From NCBI GenBank assembly GCA_048938105.1, contig JBHLMN010000010.1, forward strand, positions 1 to 64,000: a stretch of 64,000 nt of DNA, read 5' to 3'. Positions within the stretch are counted from its first letter, which is position 1. Every line of letters begins with the position of its first letter. A program made the translations under genes and the position numbers. Below are positions 60,026 to 64,000 of the stretch, in pieces. The notes under the pieces are model-generated. The model was not told the origin of the DNA, made no database searches, and saw only the letters and a list, made by a program, of their open reading frames with translations. Source of the DNA: Promethearchaeota archaeon. Its GTDB lineage: Archaea; Asgardarchaeota; Heimdallarchaeia; Hodarchaeales; Hodarchaeaceae.

Positions 60026-60937
60026 TTGGGCGTGAGTAGAACAGAGATTAGAGTAAGAAATACATTATTTAAAGTAGGAGCATGTCAACTATTGGTAGAC
60101 TTTATTGTTGCAGTATTAATGGCCATTTTTCAAGGAATTACTGAATGGCTTCCTATCAGTTCTGAAGGACAATTATCTTTACTTTTTGTCAATCTTTACG
60201 GTATAAGCGAACTAGAAGCTGTTACACTGGCATTGCTGCTGCATGTTGGTACAATGATTTCCGTTCTGTGGGTATTTCGATCTGATTTTAGAGACATGGT
60301 CGATGTAAAAACTAAAATTGCTAGAGTGACTCTCATAGCGACTTTAGGGACTGCTGTGACCGCCATTCCTATCATACTGATCTTTAAAAATTTTTGGAAC
60401 ACATGGAGTGAAGCCTTTCCAATTCCACCTAATATCCTGTTCACAATATTTATTGGAATTCTTTTAATCTTAACTGGATTGATTCTCGCCAATCAACCAG
60501 AACAGGGTATCCGTGAACTGAATTCTATCACGCAGAAAGAAGCTTTTTTACTTGGAATGGCTCAAGGGATTTCAGCATTACCTGGCATTAGTCGGAGTGG
60601 TATGACAATCACTATTTTACTAATCATTGGATTGACTCAACGCGAAGCCTTACGTGTAAGTTTTATCATCTCAGTTCCAGCAGTACTAGGTGCAACGGTA
60701 CTAGAATTCTTTTTAACTGGGTTTACAATCCATACTGATGCACTCCGAATTGGAGATATCATATTCCCTTATTTATTACTTATTTTCACAATTATTTTGA
60801 CTGCTATCATTGGAATAGTCACAATGAAAAGTTTGTTGCAACTTAAAAACGTGCCTTATGATAAATTTTGTATAATATTTGGTACTAGTACTATTCTCCT
60901 TGCTATGTTGCTATTAATCATTCAGGTTGTGGTTTAA
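60026..60937 (+). CDS. uppP: Undecaprenyl/polyprenyl-diphosphate phosphatase (BacA/UppP)
   Basis: QGITEWLPISSEG, LHVGT, AQG.SALPGISRSG.T and SF..SVPA. True start probably near 60092. Confidence 0.9.
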   Translation: MGVSRTEIRVRNTLFKVGACQLLVDFIVAVLMAIFQGITEWLPISSEGQLSLLFVNLYGISELEAVTLALLLHVGTMISVLWVFRSDFRDMVDVKTKIARVTLIATLGTAVTAIPIILIFKNFWNTWSEAFPIPPNILFTIFIGILLILTGLILANQPEQGIRELNSITQKEAFLLGMAQGISALPGISRSGMTITILLIIGLTQREALRVSFIISVPAVLGATVLEFFLTGFTIHTDALRIGDIIFPYLLLIFTIILTAIIGIVTMKSLLQLKNVPYDKFCIIFGTSTILLAMLLLIIQVVV

Positions 60938-62288
60938 TATGACGTGGTCCCCAACTCACCTAAGTCTACAGTCTATTTTATTTTGGACTTTCATACCTGC
61001 TTCCGAAAAGGAAAGGTTTCGCCAAAAAAAACTATATTTTTGGTTAGTGATAGCCTTTACAGTCGTACCTGATCTTGATGTTTTTATTGGTATACATAGA
61101 GGCATTTTTCACAGCATCGTCGTACCTTTGTTAATGATAATTCTCGGATCAATGATCTACTATAATTATCAATATATTAATCATCCTTCCTCAAATGAGC
61201 AGAAGATAGAAGACGATAGATCCTATAAACGCAGCTTTATCGGACGATGTATTTTGTATGCTGGGATTCTTTGGTTAATTCATATCCTTCTAGACTTAGA
61301 ATATCCTTTAGCCATCTTTTATCCTTTCTCTGATCATCTGTACCAATTTAACTTTGTTATTCTCTTTGATGTTATGCCTTGGTTGGTATTTCCAGCTACG
61401 ATCGCTGGAATAGGTTTTGAAATCTCGGGTATATCATATTTAAGAGGTCTGACAACATACTTTGTGAATTTACCACCTTCAATTCGGGAGGAAATATGGG
61501 GTCACAAACCTGTGGCCTTCTCTATTGATGATTTCTTTGTTCATATATTCCTATTCGTAATTTTTCTTTTGTATGTTGTTCGACCCATGGCACCAACAGT
61601 CACTTTAAACCGTTTGATTGATTGGCGAAAAAAAATCCGATTTGATGGGCCTATTTTAGCCTTTGGTATAACAATGTTAGTTATAGGTCTCGTTATTGGT
61701 CCGATGATTGGTACACATACCGTTGATACGGATTCTATTAGAAGCTCTTTCCAAGTATCACCAACTACTTTTTCTCCTACGATAGCAATTAAGTTTGAAA
61801 CCACGAACTATATACTCCAACCAAACACAATGTTCTCTGTAGAGAGTACATTAACAACAAGTTCAGATAGTGATCCTTTCGACCACATATTATTATTAAC
61901 AACTCATGAATATTATAAGAACTTCTCTAGTGGTGTATCAAAATTATTTAAGCAATATCCATTCAACTCAAGTGAAAACATTTTCTCTTTCGAAACCAAT
62001 TATCAGTCTTTACTTTCAGATCTTATCACTTATCCTTTGGCTATGAATTTAACCAACCTTAATGAAACTAGGTTATATACACAGATACCTGGTGGATCTT
62101 TTATGGTGATAGGAGTGATTGATCATTGGGATACGACACAAATCCTAAATGGTACCCACTTATCCGAGAACACTAAACTAGAAATTACAATAACATCCAA
62201 TCGTTTCAGTCTTATGGTTTTTGGAACAGCTTCAATTATTATCGGACTGGCTTCTATTATTATTTCAGTTAGGGTTAAAAAGAGGTAA
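60927..62288 (+). CDS. Membrane-bound metal-dependent hydrolase-like (YdjM/DUF457) protein with extracellular C-terminal domain
   Basis: PDLD...HRG.FHS, H..LD and YPFS motifs; multiple TMs plus a C-terminal TM. Confidence 0.75.
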   Translation: MWFNMTWSPTHLSLQSILFWTFIPASEKERFRQKKLYFWLVIAFTVVPDLDVFIGIHRGIFHSIVVPLLMIILGSMIYYNYQYINHPSSNEQKIEDDRSYKRSFIGRCILYAGILWLIHILLDLEYPLAIFYPFSDHLYQFNFVILFDVMPWLVFPATIAGIGFEISGISYLRGLTTYFVNLPPSIREEIWGHKPVAFSIDDFFVHIFLFVIFLLYVVRPMAPTVTLNRLIDWRKKIRFDGPILAFGITMLVIGLVIGPMIGTHTVDTDSIRSSFQVSPTTFSPTIAIKFETTNYILQPNTMFSVESTLTTSSDSDPFDHILLLTTHEYYKNFSSGVSKLFKQYPFNSSENIFSFETNYQSLLSDLITYPLAMNLTNLNETRLYTQIPGGSFMVIGVIDHWDTTQILNGTHLSENTKLEITITSNRFSLMVFGTASIIIGLASIIISVRVKKR

Positions 62289-62415
62289 TTTTTGAAATAT
62301 TCAGTTATCTGATTTGACATTTGACTTCTTTAATCCTCGATCTAATGATATTTAATCCAAATTTCAAACATAAAAAAGTCCAAATTCAAAATATTTCAAT
62401 CAGGAGATAATCATC

Positions 62416-62604
62416 ATGCCTTCATATCGTTGTCAAAATTGCGGAACCGTTGTTTCACCAATTCCTAAGCATTGTGGAAAAGAGATGGTGATTGGAGAAA
62501 TTGATGGAATACCAAGCCTAATTTGTTCAGTAGGAGGGGAATCTTGTCATCATGAACCCCTTCCAAAGTGTTGTTCAATGCCAGGTTATACTAGATGGAT
62601 TTGA
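62416..62604 (+). CDS. Small Cys/His-rich metal-binding protein (desulforedoxin-like)
   Basis: YRCQNCG..HCGKEM...C.....C....P.CC; AGGAG RBS. Confidence 0.7.
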   Translation: MPSYRCQNCGTVVSPIPKHCGKEMVIGEIDGIPSLICSVGGESCHHEPLPKCCSMPGYTRWI

Positions 62605-62627
62605 AAAAAGTATTTCTCCAATCAATT

Positions 62628-63842
62628 TTATTTAATGAACAAATTCAAGAAACGCATAAACGGAGATATCAGAGACACCTTCCAAGGTACAGCACAATGC
62701 ACTACTTTATTGATATCTGATGAACTTAAGCGATTCAAATACCATTGAACACGATTATCTCCACCTTCCGAGATTATATCAAAGAATTGACGCAATTTAT
62801 AGGCGCTTTTAAACATCTTCAACATTTGAACTCGCCATTTTGTCTGATAATCTGATAATGGAACTTTTTCTCTAAAAAAACGCAGAATAGAGCTCGTTGC
62901 AATTGAACCTGCCACCATTGACGGAGGGATTCCACCACCAACGCTAGAAACAACTTGACATGCTGCATCACCAACTAAGAGAGTTCTTGTCTTTAAATCA
63001 ACAGTCTCTTGAAAGGGAGGACCTACAGGAACGACACCTGCAATTGTTTGTTCGATGTGTGCATTCTTGAGAATTTTACTTGCAATAGGATGAATATTTA
63101 TCAGGTTAGACAACGCTTTAGAAACATTCATGTCATTTTTTAACATAGGAAGGCGTACTCCAGCACCAACATTTGCTGTGTTCCGACTCTTGGGAATGAT
63201 CCAAGCATAAGCTCCAGGTGCATATTTTTCACCAAAAAACATCTGTACATCAGTTGAGTCATACTCATCTTCGATGTCAGTCATTAAATGTTGTTTTACA
63301 ATGACAAAATGCTTATCGGGTCTTTTATTAGCCAAACCTGTCCATTTGGCTACACGAGAACTAACCCCATCTGCTCCAACGATAACTCGAGGTGTAACTT
63401 GTAAAGATCTATCATTATCCCGAACAACTGTGATCTTATTACTTATCATACCAACGGCGCAAGCAGATGTCCAAACTTCAGCTCCATATTCTTTACCTAC
63501 TTCAATTAAATGAGTGTTCCAGTTCCCACGATGAAGAGTATACCCCTGAAAAGGAGTTCTAATGACATTTCTTTCTGGAGAGAAAAAGGAAATAGAATGA
63601 GTATATGTACTGATAAATTGTTTATCAAATGTGAAAAACGCTTGAGTATTTGGGACATCAGGCATTAAAGTAGCCAGTTCTTTAGGAGCTGGCATAAACT
63701 CACCACATTGAACAGGAAATCCAGGTTTTGGCCGATGATCAATAGCTAAAATCGAGATCTCTGACCCAGCCGACAGAGCCAATTTTGATAGAACTGTTGC
63801 ACCTGCAGGCCCTAAACCTACAATAAGAACATCCACATCCAT
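62628..63842 (-). CDS. Geranylgeranyl reductase-family flavoprotein
   Basis: DVLIVGLGPAG, PVQCGE, GADG..S.V, APGAYAWIIPK, NVG.G and LVGDAA.QV...GGGI. Start taken at MDVDVL. Confidence 0.9.
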   Translation of the reverse strand: MDVDVLIVGLGPAGATVLSKLALSAGSEISILAIDHRPKPGFPVQCGEFMPAPKELATLMPDVPNTQAFFTFDKQFISTYTHSISFFSPERNVIRTPFQGYTLHRGNWNTHLIEVGKEYGAEVWTSACAVGMISNKITVVRDNDRSLQVTPRVIVGADGVSSRVAKWTGLANKRPDKHFVIVKQHLMTDIEDEYDSTDVQMFFGEKYAPGAYAWIIPKSRNTANVGAGVRLPMLKNDMNVSKALSNLINIHPIASKILKNAHIEQTIAGVVPVGPPFQETVDLKTRTLLVGDAACQVVSSVGGGIPPSMVAGSIATSSILRFFREKVPLSDYQTKWRVQMLKMFKSAYKLRQFFDIISEGGDNRVQWYLNRLSSSDINKVVHCAVPWKVSLISPFMRFLNLFIK

Positions 63843-63906
63843 AAGATGACAACTCAAAGTACGAGAAGCGAATATGAATCTAATATTTAGCGGAAAGGGA
63901 TTTTGT

Positions 63907-64000
63907 TCAAGGTGGTAAAAGATTTCCAGCTGCAGAAAGGGCAAATTCAAGGAATGGCCCAGGAAGTATACCAATAATTATTATGAGAAGAACTGAAATT
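63907..64000 (-). CDS. C-terminal end of a NuoN/NuoM/MrpD-like antiporter subunit (partial)
   Basis: Manual translation ...ISVLLIIIIGILPGPFLEFALSAAGNLLPP* has the G..P..L......AA..L ending typical of this family. Confidence 0.55.
   Translation of the reverse strand, partial: ISVLLIIIIGILPGPFLEFALSAAGNLLPP

Noticed and set aside
2044-63513. Numerous short antisense or alternate-frame ORFs inside well-supported genes (e.g. 2044..2274, 15141..15386, 36159..36542, 43985..44308, 63274..63513)
   Set aside because: They lie fully within confident CDSs, carry no motifs, and have typical antisense shadow composition.
63843-63974. N-terminal extension of the geranylgeranyl reductase ORF
   Set aside because: It overlaps the C-terminus of an upstream membrane-subunit gene, and the Rossmann motif begins right after ATG 63842.

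Overview
Archaeal chromosome segment, most likely an Asgard archaeon (Heimdallarchaeia-like). This assignment is inferred from a tailless HMf-type histone, S17e and S25e, Rpo6, two thermosome subunits, an archaeal LeuRS, DGGGP synthase and geranylgeranyl reductase, together with eukaryote-signature-like genes (an EAP30/Vps22-36-like tandem winged-helix protein and a longin+V4R-like protein). The window opens in the 5' end of an IS607 transposase. About 5.1-18.4 kb is a patchwork accessory region: gene fragments, Zn-finger microproteins, an FG-GAP/Ca-binding membrane protein, an ERCC4-HhH nuclease fused to a neighbour, and an AbiV-family gene. The rest is mostly housekeeping and metabolism: two atypical transcarbamylases with carbamate kinase, ArsM with a divergent Cys-bearing TrmB regulator, an SsnA-like amidohydrolase, a surface PLD, an ADPS-like oxidoreductase with GlpD, a proteasome beta/alpha pair, Hsp20 and UppP. 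No rRNA, tRNA or CRISPR array was recognised. All family assignments come from motif recognition by eye, not database searches. The most promising leads are the stand-alone ESCRT-II-like gene in the rpo6-rps17e block, a GluRS-N-terminal-domain/nucleotidyltransferase fusion, a possible TrmB-type arsenite sensor, and a dispersed YgeW/SsnA/carbamate-kinase-like catabolic gene set.
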